From: Dehalococcoidia bacterium
GTDB taxonomy: Bacteria; Chloroflexota; Dehalococcoidia; Lucifugimonadales; UBA2985
Assembly: GCA_965204895.1 (NCBI GenBank)
Contig: OZ242025.1
Span: 1,884,572-1,948,571, forward strand
Direction: 5' to 3'
DNA length: 64,000 nt
Shown: positions 8,210 to 16,431 of the stretch, piece by piece
Numbering within the stretch: the first letter of the stretch is position 1
Layout of the letters: each line of letters opens with the position of its first letter
Notes under the pieces: model-generated
The model's database searches: none
What the model saw: the letters and a program-made list of their open reading frames with translations, nothing else
What the model was told of the DNA's origin: nothing
Translations under genes and position numbers: made by a program

Positions 8210-8854
8210 CTACCCCTCGCCGACCGCCTCCTTCTGGACAAGCTCAGCCACCTGCTTGAAGACGTCGTAGGGCTGCGCGCCGGAGAAGAAGTAGCGCCCC
8301 ATGATGAAGGACGGGATGCCCCGGACGCCTATGGCAAGGGCCTCCTCGTACTGTGCCTTTGCCTGGGGAGTGTAGTAGCCGGAGTCGAGTTTCTCCTTCA
8401 TCTCCTGGGCGTCCAGTCCCACCTCCTTGCCTATCTCCTGGAGCACAGACAACTCGCCCAGGTTCACGCCGTCCTCCCAGAACCGCTTGTAGCAGGCCTT
8501 GTGGAAAGGCTCAAAGAGGCCCTTGTCCTTGGCGAACTCCGAGGCCTCAAAGGAGAGGGCGCTGTTGGGCGTGATGGGCGCGCGCCGCATGACAAGCCCG
8601 GCGTCAATGGCGGCTTCGCCCAGGTTGCCGGTCAGCAGGGTGCCCGGCTCCGCGCCGTCCCGGGGCTTCCGCACAATGCCCTCAGGCGGGGTGTCGGGCC
8701 GTAGATAGAAGGTCTTGTAGGTTATGTCCAGGGGGAAGTTCTGTTCCAGTTGCTCGAGCCTGGCCAGGCCGACGTAGCACCAGGGTCATATGTAGTCGTA
8801 CCAGACCGTAACGGGAATGACTCCGTTGTCCGTGCCGTGCTCAAAGGTGGTCAT
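8210..8854 (-). CDS. DsbA/FrnE-like thiol:disulfide oxidoreductase with in-frame TGA at the active-site Cys position (candidate selenoprotein, U-P-W-C)
   Basis: Track ORF 8210-8674 lacks the active site. Extending upstream in frame gives MTTFEHGTDNGVIPVTVWYDYI-TGA-PWCYVGLARLEQLEQNFPLDITYKTFYLRPDTPPEGIVRKPRDG. The TGA is at 8786-8788. An AAGGAGA RBS lies 5 nt before the ATG at 8854, and 645 nt is divisible by 3. Confidence 0.6.
8754..8772 (-). promoter_or_regulatory. SECIS-like hairpin downstream of the in-frame UGA
   Basis: The mRNA reads UGA-N13-UCGGCCU-GGCC-AGGCUCGA. This is a 7-bp stem with one bulged U and a GGCC apical loop, starting about 14 nt after the UGA. Confidence 0.4.
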
Positions 8855-9063
8855 GCTATCTCCTTGCGGGGCTTTGTCCGGGAGGGAGGGCTTTGCCCGT
8901 GTTCTTCGCCGCAACGACGATGGCCCTATTCTAGCCTAACTGAGTGGTGATTGCCAGTTGCAGAGGCTCCGCCGTTTACACGCGGCGCTCTGGGTGATAC
9001 TCTCCAATCTATGTTTCCTCACGCTCCACACGGCATAGCGCCAGAGACGGAAGGCCGCTCCTT

Positions 9064-10329
9064 ATGACCAGGAGGATATTCTACGGATGGTACATTGTGG
9101 CGGGCAGCGTCGCGATGAACTTCTATCTCTCCGTAGTCTTCTTCCAGGGTTTCCAGGTATTCTTTCTGCCCATCCTCAACGAGTTCGGCTGGACCCGCGC
9201 CCTCACCTCCGGCGCCTTCTCCCTGCGCCAGCTGGAGTCCGGGCTGCTGGCCCCGGTCATAGGGTTCCTGGTGGACCGCTGGGGGCCGCGGGTCATAATC
9301 CTCCTGGGCGTGATCATCGGGGGCGGGGGGATGGTCTGGATGGCGTACATCGACTCTGTATGGACGTTCTACATCGTGTTTATGGTGGCGTCCCTGGGCG
9401 TGAGCGGCGCGTCCCACGGCGTCTCCTGGTCGGTGGCGGTGGCCAACTGGTTCCGGCGATTGCGCGGCCGGGCCCTGGGCATTGCGATGCTGGGGCCGGT
9501 GGTCGGCGGGCCATTCGTGGTGACGGTAGCTGTAATTGAGGAGTGGCTGGGATGGCGTGTGGCGATACTGCTGCTGGGCGTCGGCGTGTGGGTTGTGGGG
9601 ATACCCCTGAGCCTGCTGGCACGCTCCTTCCCTGAGAAGTACGGCTACCTGCCGGACGGCGATACCCGCGCCGGCTCCTACGACGATGAAGAGGAGGAGG
9701 GCGACTTTGAGGGCATTGGCGTTAGGGAGGCCATACGCACCCGGGACTTCTGGGTCATCACGGTGCTGTTCGGGGCGCAGTTCATAGGTATAAGCGGCCT
9801 GTTCGTGCACCTCATTCCGCTGCTCCAGGACATCGACTACAGCGCTTCCCAGGCGGCGGGCATTTTGGGGCTGGTCTTTCTGCTGAGCGGCATCGGGCGC
9901 ATAGGGGCCGGGACCCTGGCGGACATGGTGGACTACCGGCTGGTTATGTCCGCCCTGATAATATTCCAGGTTGTAGCCCTTGCGCTGCTGACCCTGGTCA
10001 GCGGCCCCTCCGACTTCTGGCTGGTGGTCCTCTACTCCTTCCTGTTCGGGATAGGGTTCGGCGGCGCGATCCCCCTGCGGCCGTTCCTCATCATGCAGAT
10101 ATTCGGGTCGAGGGCCTTTGGCGCGCTGCAAGGGCTGGTGCAGGGCGGAGCCATCGGCGCGGGTATGGCCGGCCCCGTCTTCTACGGCTGGATTTTCGAC
10201 ACCCGGGAGTCATACAACATAGCCATCTACGCCACCATCCTGCTCACCATGTTGGCGCTGCCTCTCCTGTACCTGCTGCCCAAGCCGCGGCTGGTGGGCC
10301 GGTGGTCAGCAGTGGCGTTGGGGCAGTGA
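9064..10329 (+). CDS. MFS transporter (oxalate/formate-antiporter-like), paralogue 2 of 3
   Basis: 421 aa. RIFYGWYIVAGSVAM and FSLRQLESGLLAPVIGFLVDRWGPR are shared with the other two MFS ORFs. Confidence 0.8.
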   Translation: MTRRIFYGWYIVAGSVAMNFYLSVVFFQGFQVFFLPILNEFGWTRALTSGAFSLRQLESGLLAPVIGFLVDRWGPRVIILLGVIIGGGGMVWMAYIDSVWTFYIVFMVASLGVSGASHGVSWSVAVANWFRRLRGRALGIAMLGPVVGGPFVVTVAVIEEWLGWRVAILLLGVGVWVVGIPLSLLARSFPEKYGYLPDGDTRAGSYDDEEEEGDFEGIGVREAIRTRDFWVITVLFGAQFIGISGLFVHLIPLLQDIDYSASQAAGILGLVFLLSGIGRIGAGTLADMVDYRLVMSALIIFQVVALALLTLVSGPSDFWLVVLYSFLFGIGFGGAIPLRPFLIMQIFGSRAFGALQGLVQGGAIGAGMAGPVFYGWIFDTRESYNIAIYATILLTMLALPLLYLLPKPRLVGRWSAVALGQ

Positions 10330-10339
10330 CTTCCGTTTC

Positions 10340-10365
10340 CCATTCCTGCGAAGGCAGGAATCCAG
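10340..10365. repeat. REP-like hairpin unit CCATTCCTGC-GAAG-GCAGGAATCCAG
   Basis: 8-bp arms ATTCCTGC/GCAGGAAT. An identical 26-mer occurs at 45895-45920. Confidence 0.75.
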
Positions 10366-10453
10366 TACTCCTCTAATTAACTTCTGATGCGCGTTGTGAT
10401 AGTATGTTAGAGCGAATCGAGGGGAGGCTTACTGCTAAGTCTTCACGAGAGGG

Positions 10454-10486
10454 GAGCCAGGTTAACAACCTGGCTCTTCTTTATTT
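10454..10486 (+). terminator. Rho-independent terminator after MFS 9064-10329
   Basis: GAGCCAGGTT-AAC-AACCTGGCTC followed by TTCTTTATTT. Confidence 0.65.
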
Positions 10487-10529
10487 GGTGGGACTAGAGT
10501 TCAGCGGTTAGCCCAGAACCAAGAACGAA

Positions 10530-10557
10530 GAGGGGGCTTCAAGCGAAGCCCCCTCTC
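10530..10557 (-). terminator. Hairpin terminator after ACAD gene 10582-11799
   Basis: AGAGGGGGCTTC-AAGC-GAAGCCCCCTCT, a 12-bp stem just beyond the stop. The minus-strand trailing sequence is moderately T-rich. Confidence 0.5.
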
Positions 10558-10581
10558 TGCAATCCATCTGTCTGCTAAAGC

Positions 10582-11799
10582 CTAGCCGGCGCCTGTGGTT
10601 GACGGCGTGGGAGCGGGCCTCTCCTGGGTCCGGCTGATGCCGATGCGCCGCGCCAGCACCACCTTGGCGATGTTGGTGCTGCCCCCGGCGTGCCGCTGGC
10701 CGGCCGCCGAGCGCTGCCTGACCTCCTGCGCGCCGCCGAAGGGAGCGCCGGGCTCGTCTACGCCAAGGTAGGTGTACAGCCCCATGATCTCCCGTACCCG
10801 CCGGGCGTTGCGAAGGCCCGACTCGCGGCTGTGGACGTTGGCCATGTTGCCCTCGTACCGGATCTCCTGCTTCGCCTGGTACATCCAGTGGGTGCGCTTG
10901 GCCAGCAGGCCCTGCACGTGGGACTCTATGTAGGCCTCCATTGTCCCTTGCTGTAGGACTGGGTCGCTGCCCAGAGTGCCTGAGTCGTTGCTGGCGTACT
11001 TTACGAAGCTCAGCAGGTCGTTCAGGGTCTCGTCGCTGGCAAAAGACCGGCCGCCGCCGCCGTGCTCGAACTCCAGGTGCGTACCCAGCACCTGCCAGCC
11101 CTGGTGGTCGCCGCCGATGAGGTGGTCTCCGGACACGCGCACGTTGTCCAGGAAAATGGCGCGCTTCCTGCCTTCCACCAGCAGGCCCATCTCCTTTATC
11201 TCCAGGCCCTCTGCGGGGATGTCAATGACGAAGTAGCCAAGGTTCCGATGACGAGGCGCGTCCGGGTCCGTGAGCATTGGGCCTACCATCATCTCGGCGT
11301 CCTCGTAGCCGCCGATGAAGACGTTAGAGCCGTTCAGGATCCAGTCGTCGCCGTCGCGGGTGGCCTTGCTCTGGTAGTCGGCGATGTCCGCGCCGGAGTG
11401 TGGCTCAGTGAGCTTCTGCCAGGTCACCTTCTCGCCGGTCAGCAGAGGGCGGAGATACTTCTGCTTCTGCTCCTCCGTGCCCCAGACTAGGATGGTGGGG
11501 AAGATCTGGGTGCTGCTGAAGCGTCGGACGGCCCTGGCCCGCGCGAACTCCTCGTCTATTATGGTTTCGTGGTCGCCGGTCAGCCCGCCGCCGCCGTACT
11601 CCTTGGGGTAGGTCGGCTCAAGCCAGCCCTTCTTCGCCATCTCCTTGTGCTTCTCCCGCCAGAACCAGTACTGCTCCGCGGTGAAATGCTTCTGGTCAAC
11701 GGGATCCCTCATCTCATCCGGGATGTTCTCCTCAAGCCAGGCCCGCACCTCCTTGCGGAACTCCTCCTGCTCTGGGGTGTATGGCAATGCAAAGTCCAT
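10582..11799 (-). CDS. Acyl-CoA dehydrogenase-fold protein, paralogue family A
   Basis: 405 aa. It carries MDFALPYTPEQEEFRKEVRAWLEEN, EYGGGGLTGDHE, LTEPHSGADIADYQSKATRDGDDWILNGSNVFI (ACAD middle domain) and a C-terminal AGQRHAGGSTNIAKVVLARRIGISRTQERPAPTPST. Confidence 0.8.
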   Translation of the reverse strand: MDFALPYTPEQEEFRKEVRAWLEENIPDEMRDPVDQKHFTAEQYWFWREKHKEMAKKGWLEPTYPKEYGGGGLTGDHETIIDEEFARARAVRRFSSTQIFPTILVWGTEEQKQKYLRPLLTGEKVTWQKLTEPHSGADIADYQSKATRDGDDWILNGSNVFIGGYEDAEMMVGPMLTDPDAPRHRNLGYFVIDIPAEGLEIKEMGLLVEGRKRAIFLDNVRVSGDHLIGGDHQGWQVLGTHLEFEHGGGGRSFASDETLNDLLSFVKYASNDSGTLGSDPVLQQGTMEAYIESHVQGLLAKRTHWMYQAKQEIRYEGNMANVHSRESGLRNARRVREIMGLYTYLGVDEPGAPFGGAQEVRQRSAAGQRHAGGSTNIAKVVLARRIGISRTQERPAPTPSTTGAG

Positions 11800-11963
11800 T
11801 TTCGGCCTCCTTGCTTACTTTTTGCGACTCGCGCGTTTATGAATCAATCATATTCACGATTCGCAGGCGTGTCAAGTTTCGGCGCAGGGGCTGCAACGGG
11901 ACGATTTCGCGCCATCTTGACGCGACCGCGCTATCGATTGCGTACCGGGCCTCCTGTCGATGC

Positions 11964-13280
11964 TCAGGCCGACTCGACCGGCTGAGGCAGCTTCGGTGGT
12001 CGGGCCAGCAGCAGCAGCGGAATGGCGAGGGCGGCCGCGGCCATGATGATGTATATGGCGAGCACGTAGGAGTCGGTCAAGTCGAAGACCAAACCCATGA
12101 GCACCGGGCCTATCATCCCGCCGAATACCGAGACGCTCTGGGTGAGCCCCTGAATGGAGCCAAAGCTGCCCGTGCCGAAGTAGGCGCTGATGATGTATCC
12201 CCGCGCCGGTATCATTCCGCCGAAGGCCAGGCCCCAGAACAGCGCAAAGGGCAGGACCATCCAGTAGGCCGTCACGTTGGCCATTATGAAGAAGCCTATG
12301 ACCTGGCATGACATTATTCCGGCCATGACCACGCGGCTGTTCCACATGTCGAAGGCGAACCCGCCGCCCAGGCGTCCTATTGCGCTGAGGACGGTGAACC
12401 ATCCTATTACTGACACCGCCTGGGCCGTGGAGAACCCGATGCTCTCGAAGTATGGTATCAGGTGAATGTTGAGGGCGTTGGTGCCCAGGGTCTGCGCGCC
12501 GAACACCAGGCTAAGGAGCCAGAATGAGGGAGTGAGCAGGGCCTGCTTGACGCTGAGACTGCCCTCGCTGGACTCCTCCTGGGTCCTCTGCGCCGGCTGC
12601 GGCTCACTCCCGGAGGCGTCCCTGGCTGGCTCGGGCTTCGGCTCCTCCGGCAGGTCGCCGTCGGGAAGATAGCCGTACTCATGGGGCCTGCCTCGAAAGA
12701 CCATGGCCAGTGGAAGGTTGATCACCCACACGGACAGGCCAAGGACTATGAAGGCGGGACGCCAGCCCAGGAACTCCACAAGGAACAGGGTGATGAACAG
12801 CAGCGGCCCGCTGAGGGATGCGCCGCTGCCGCCGATGCCAAGGGCGCGGCCCCGGAGACGCCGGAACCACTGCACCAGCGCCCAGGTCCGGGGTATGCCC
12901 AGGGCCATGCTCTGGCCCAGGGCGACCAGGAGAATGGAGAAGTAGAACATGTAGATGTTGTTCAGGAAGCTGAGGGACATGATGCCCAGGCCGGTGATGA
13001 AGGTGCCAATCACCATTATCTTCCGGGGGCCGTACCTATCCACCAGGAACCCCTCGATGGGGGAGACGATGCTGCCCTCCAGCCGCTCCAGGGCGAACGC
13101 GCCGGACATGAGGGCGCGGCTCCACCCGAAGTGCATGGAGATGGGGGTGAAGAAGACCTGCTTGGCGTAGACCCAGACTACGCTGATCCAGAGGTGGATG
13201 CCCATCCCGGCCGCGACCATATACCATCCGTAGAAGATACGGGGCCTGGCCCTGGCGCTCTGCTCAGCTTGCATACCCAC
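11964..13280 (-). CDS. MFS transporter (oxalate/formate-antiporter-like), paralogue 3 of 3
   Basis: 438 aa with RIFYGWYMVAAGMG and FALERLEGSIVSPIEGFLVDRYGPRK. It is co-oriented upstream of the ACAD gene at 10582. The start may be the ATG at 13274. Confidence 0.8.
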   Translation of the reverse strand: MGMQAEQSARARPRIFYGWYMVAAGMGIHLWISVVWVYAKQVFFTPISMHFGWSRALMSGAFALERLEGSIVSPIEGFLVDRYGPRKIMVIGTFITGLGIMSLSFLNNIYMFYFSILLVALGQSMALGIPRTWALVQWFRRLRGRALGIGGSGASLSGPLLFITLFLVEFLGWRPAFIVLGLSVWVINLPLAMVFRGRPHEYGYLPDGDLPEEPKPEPARDASGSEPQPAQRTQEESSEGSLSVKQALLTPSFWLLSLVFGAQTLGTNALNIHLIPYFESIGFSTAQAVSVIGWFTVLSAIGRLGGGFAFDMWNSRVVMAGIMSCQVIGFFIMANVTAYWMVLPFALFWGLAFGGMIPARGYIISAYFGTGSFGSIQGLTQSVSVFGGMIGPVLMGLVFDLTDSYVLAIYIIMAAAALAIPLLLLARPPKLPQPVESA

Positions 13281-13291
13281 CTCTGGCTAGG

Positions 13292-13320
13292 AGACTACAA
13301 ACTGGCCTCAGTTGTGTCAA
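13292..13320 (-). promoter_or_regulatory. Sigma70-like promoter for the MFS-ACAD unit
   Basis: On the minus strand: TTGACA-N17-TAGTCT, about 12 nt upstream of the GTG/ATG start region. Confidence 0.45.
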
Positions 13321-13335
13321 TAGCGGCGGCGGGAT

Positions 13336-13593
13336 GTGCCCGGTTTGCCGCCAGGCCACGAGGGTGATATAGTCGCCTGTATGCAACACGCGGACTGCTG
13401 GTCGTGGGCCAAGGGGGGTTCCGGCATATTCCTCGCCCTGCTGGTCCCCGCCCTGATTATCAGACTGTTGAACCCTCCCGACTGGCCTGCCCTGTTTGCC
13501 CCGTCTGTCCTGGTGGGCGTTGGCCTCCCGTTCCTGCTCTTTGGATGGCTGCTATCGGCCGCGTGCCTGTATGGCCGGCGCAAGAGAGCGTAG
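13336..13593 (+). CDS. Small hypothetical membrane protein (two hydrophobic helices)
   Basis: 85-aa ORF with GIFLALLVPALIIRLL and VLVGVGLPFLLFGWLLSAACLY, ending in a basic tail RRKRA. No family was recognised. Confidence 0.3.
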   Translation: MPGLPPGHEGDIVACMQHADCWSWAKGGSGIFLALLVPALIIRLLNPPDWPALFAPSVLVGVGLPFLLFGWLLSAACLYGRRKRA

Positions 13594-13600
13594 CCGTTGC

Positions 13601-13629
13601 TTGACACTCAGAGAGGCCGAAAATATAAT
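13601..13629 (+). promoter_or_regulatory. Consensus sigma70 promoter upstream of the ACAD gene at 13735
   Basis: Perfect TTGACA-N17-TATAAT. It leaves an approximately 100-nt 5' UTR. Confidence 0.6.
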
Positions 13630-13734
13630 TCTGCTCACATAGAGCCTTGACCCACTTCGGCGACGCGGACCGCAAGGTCGTTGGGGGAGGGTGTAAACGC
13701 GCGGTGTTCCGCGCGGGAGTAAAGGAGAGCGCAG

Positions 13735-14988
13735 ATGGATTTCGCATTGCCATACACCCCGGAGCAGGAAGAGTTCCGCCAGGAGGTACGCGCCTGGCTG
13801 AAGGAGAACGTGCCGGCCGATCTGAAGGACCCGGTTGACCCCCGAGACTTCACCCTGGAGCTGGCCGAGAGATGGAAAGAGGTCCACAAGGCCATGGCCA
13901 AGAAGGGCTGGCTGTACCCCACGCTGCCCACTGAGTACGGCGGCGGCGGGCTGACCGGCGACCATGAGACCATCATAGAAGAGGAGATGCACAGGGCCGA
14001 CGTCCCCAGCAACTTCACCTCCGGCAACACGCTGCCCTCCCTCCTTGTCTGGACAACGGAGGAGCAGAAGCAGAAGTTCCTCGTGCCCATTCTGACGGCT
14101 GAGAAGACCTGCTGGAACAAGCTCACGGAGCCTAACGGCGGCGCTGACCTGGCCAACGTCCAGGGCACGGCCACTCGCGACGGCGACGACTGGCTGCTCA
14201 CCGGCGAGCACGTCTTCGTCAGCGGCCGCGGGAAGCCGGGCTTCCTGCTCGGCCCCATGAGGACCGACCCGGACGCCCCTCGCCATCGCAACCTGGGCTA
14301 CTTCATCATCCCCGTTCCCGACTGGGACCCGACGACGGGCGCAACCGGCCTGGACGGGCTGACCATCAAGGAGCAGGACCTGCTAAACGGCCACGACCAG
14401 CACAACATCATCCTGAACGACGTGCGCATCCCCGGCGACCACCTCATCGGTGGCGACCACCAGGGCTGGCAGGTTGCGGGCACGACGATGGAGTCTGAGC
14501 ACGGCGGCCGCGGGCGCGCCTTTCCCACCGATACGCCCATTGAGCACCTGATTGAGTACGTCAAGGACACCAAGGTTGAAGGCGGTTCGCTGGGCGGCGA
14601 CCCCGTCGTACAGCAGACCACGTCAGAGGCCATCATCGAGTCCCACGTCCAGAGCCTGCTGCTCAAGCGGGTGTACGCCATGTACCAGAGCCGCGAGGAG
14701 ATCAGCTGGCACAGCGGCGTGGGCAACGTCCACGGCCGCGAGTCCACCCTCCGCAACGAGCGTCGCATACGGGACGTGTACGGGATGTACTCCCTGCTCA
14801 ACTCCCACGACCCCTCATCGCCCCACGGCGGGCGGCAGGAGGTGAACCACCGGAGCAGGGCGGGGCAGAACCACGCCGGTGGCAGCACCAACATCGCCAA
14901 GGTTGTGCTGGCGCGGCGGATTGGCATCAGCAGGACCCAGGAGAGGCCCGCGCCCACGCCGGCAACGGCCACCAACCTGAGCGTCTAA
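13735..14988 (+). CDS. Acyl-CoA dehydrogenase-fold protein, paralogue family A
   Basis: 417 aa with MDFALPYTPEQEEFRQEVRAWLKEN, EYGGGGLTGDHE, DPDAPRHRNLGYF and a C-terminal AGQNHAGGSTNIAKVVLARRIGISRTQERPAPTPATAT. Confidence 0.8.
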   Translation: MDFALPYTPEQEEFRQEVRAWLKENVPADLKDPVDPRDFTLELAERWKEVHKAMAKKGWLYPTLPTEYGGGGLTGDHETIIEEEMHRADVPSNFTSGNTLPSLLVWTTEEQKQKFLVPILTAEKTCWNKLTEPNGGADLANVQGTATRDGDDWLLTGEHVFVSGRGKPGFLLGPMRTDPDAPRHRNLGYFIIPVPDWDPTTGATGLDGLTIKEQDLLNGHDQHNIILNDVRIPGDHLIGGDHQGWQVAGTTMESEHGGRGRAFPTDTPIEHLIEYVKDTKVEGGSLGGDPVVQQTTSEAIIESHVQSLLLKRVYAMYQSREEISWHSGVGNVHGRESTLRNERRIRDVYGMYSLLNSHDPSSPHGGRQEVNHRSRAGQNHAGGSTNIAKVVLARRIGISRTQERPAPTPATATNLSV

Positions 14989-15009
14989 GGCCTTAGACAG
15001 CGCTGAAAA

Positions 15010-15050
15010 AAGGAGAGGGCTTCGCTAGAAGCCCTCTCCTTTTATTTATT
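15010..15050 (+). terminator. Rho-independent terminator
   Basis: AAGGAGAGGGCTTC-GCTA-GAAGCCCTCTCCTT followed by TTATTTATT. Confidence 0.7.
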
Positions 15051-15068
15051 GCTTGCAAACCCCTCCGT

Positions 15069-15198
15069 CATTCCGGCGGAAGCCGGAATCCAGGACTCCT
15101 GCGAGAATGAGGGGTAGATTCCCGCGAAGGCCCCCCTCTGGATACCGGCCTTCGCCGGTATGACGGCGATTCAAAGGTCTTTGTCCGCGGGAATGACG
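15069..15198. repeat. Cluster of REP-like hairpin units
   Basis: Full units are ATTCCGGC-GGAA-GCCGGAAT (15070-15089) and ATACCGGC-CTTC-GCCGGTAT (15142-15161). Half units are GATTCCCGCGAAGG and CCGCGGGAATGACG. Confidence 0.7.
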
Positions 15199-15284
15199 AG
15201 AAACGTACTTCTTACAATACCCTACGCCAGTTACGCAAACGTCTGCCTGTGCGGGCGCAGGGGTAGGCGGGAGACCAGCTTTGG

Positions 15285-16040
15285 CTAATCAGTCCTGTAC
15301 GTCTTGAAAAAGTCCGTGGTGTCGGGCAACTCGGGCTGTTGGCTGTAGCTGCTGACCTTGCCCACGTGGTAGCCCTCTATGGGCATGAAGTCTCCGGCCT
15401 TCAGCGCCTCCAGGAGGTCCTTCTCGTTGCGTATCTCGCCCTTGAAGATGGTTGCGCCCTTGGCCAGGCCCTGGGTGGAGTGGGCGTCGCTGCCGCCCGT
15501 GCCCCAGCGGCCGAGCGCTTTCACCACGCCCTGGGCAAACCGGTTCTCGATCTCTATGTTGCCGCCGTTCACCACCTCGACCTCATCGACGAGTTCAAAG
15601 ATGGGGTGTTTGGCGCCCTCCTCGGGGCTCTGTGGGACGGTCTTTGGGTCGTCAAATAGCACGTTCTGTGTGTGGATTCCGGGCGGATCAAAGAGGAAGC
15701 GGAAGGGGTGCGCCAGGATCATGTATCCACCGATTTCCTCCACGTGGGCGCGCAGCTTTCGCACGGTGTCGATTCCGCCGGCCGGGCCTGTGACGTGGTG
15801 CTCCAGTCCCAGGGTGATGATGTGGCCCAGGGGGCTGTACACTTCAAGGGCGCGGATGAGCACTATGTCAAGGTCTTTGGCAAATGCCTCAAAGTCGGGT
15901 TTGGGCCAGCCGTCGTGTTCGGTAACCATAACGCCGGTGAGTCCCAGGCGTTTGACCTCTGTAACCAGTTCCTCAGGCGTGAGGGAGCTGTCCATGCTCC
16001 CCTTCATGGTGTGGACGTGCAGATCCATCAGTGAGTACAA
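15285..16040 (-). CDS. PHP-domain metal-dependent phosphoesterase
   Basis: MDLHVHTMKGSMDSSLTPEEL is the PHP motif I, with GGSDAHS near the C-terminus. The real start may be the ATG at 16028. Confidence 0.7.
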   Translation of the reverse strand: MYSLMDLHVHTMKGSMDSSLTPEELVTEVKRLGLTGVMVTEHDGWPKPDFEAFAKDLDIVLIRALEVYSPLGHIITLGLEHHVTGPAGGIDTVRKLRAHVEEIGGYMILAHPFRFLFDPPGIHTQNVLFDDPKTVPQSPEEGAKHPIFELVDEVEVVNGGNIEIENRFAQGVVKALGRWGTGGSDAHSTQGLAKGATIFKGEIRNEKDLLEALKAGDFMPIEGYHVGKVSSYSQQPELPDTTDFFKTYRTD

Positions 16041-16431
16041 CGGCTGAGTGGTCTCCTTTCAAAGGGAGGCGCCCCGCAAGAATTGTCCTAGTAGTTATAG
16101 CCGAATTCCATATCCGTAGTCAATAGAAATATTTGAGATAGTGTATCAATATCCTGGAAAGGACTGGTAGGACGACTTCGAGGATGCCCGTCTCCCGGTT
16201 ATGATGTGAAAACCATCACATAATCGACATATATGGGTTATTTAGGTATACTATATGTAGGAGTTAGTACGGTACACGCGCACTAGCGCGACGAAAAGAG
16301 GTGTATGGGTTGTCGGGCGGCTGGCTTTGGATGTGCTGCCCTGTTCCTTTCCTGGAATCGTATCAATTGTATCCAGAATGGCCTATCTCCAGCAGTATTC
16401 TCCGCAGCAATCTAATTTTGGGAGGTGTGTA

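Noticed and set aside
8210-8674. Treating the track ORF (154 aa, starting at an internal Met) as the complete DsbA-like gene, or the antisense ORF 8750-8950 as a gene.
   Set aside because: The 154-aa version lacks the CxxC motif and has no RBS. The upstream in-frame sequence encodes the missing thioredoxin-fold N-terminus with a strong RBS. A nonsense pseudogene remains the alternative to selenocysteine and is stated in the finding.
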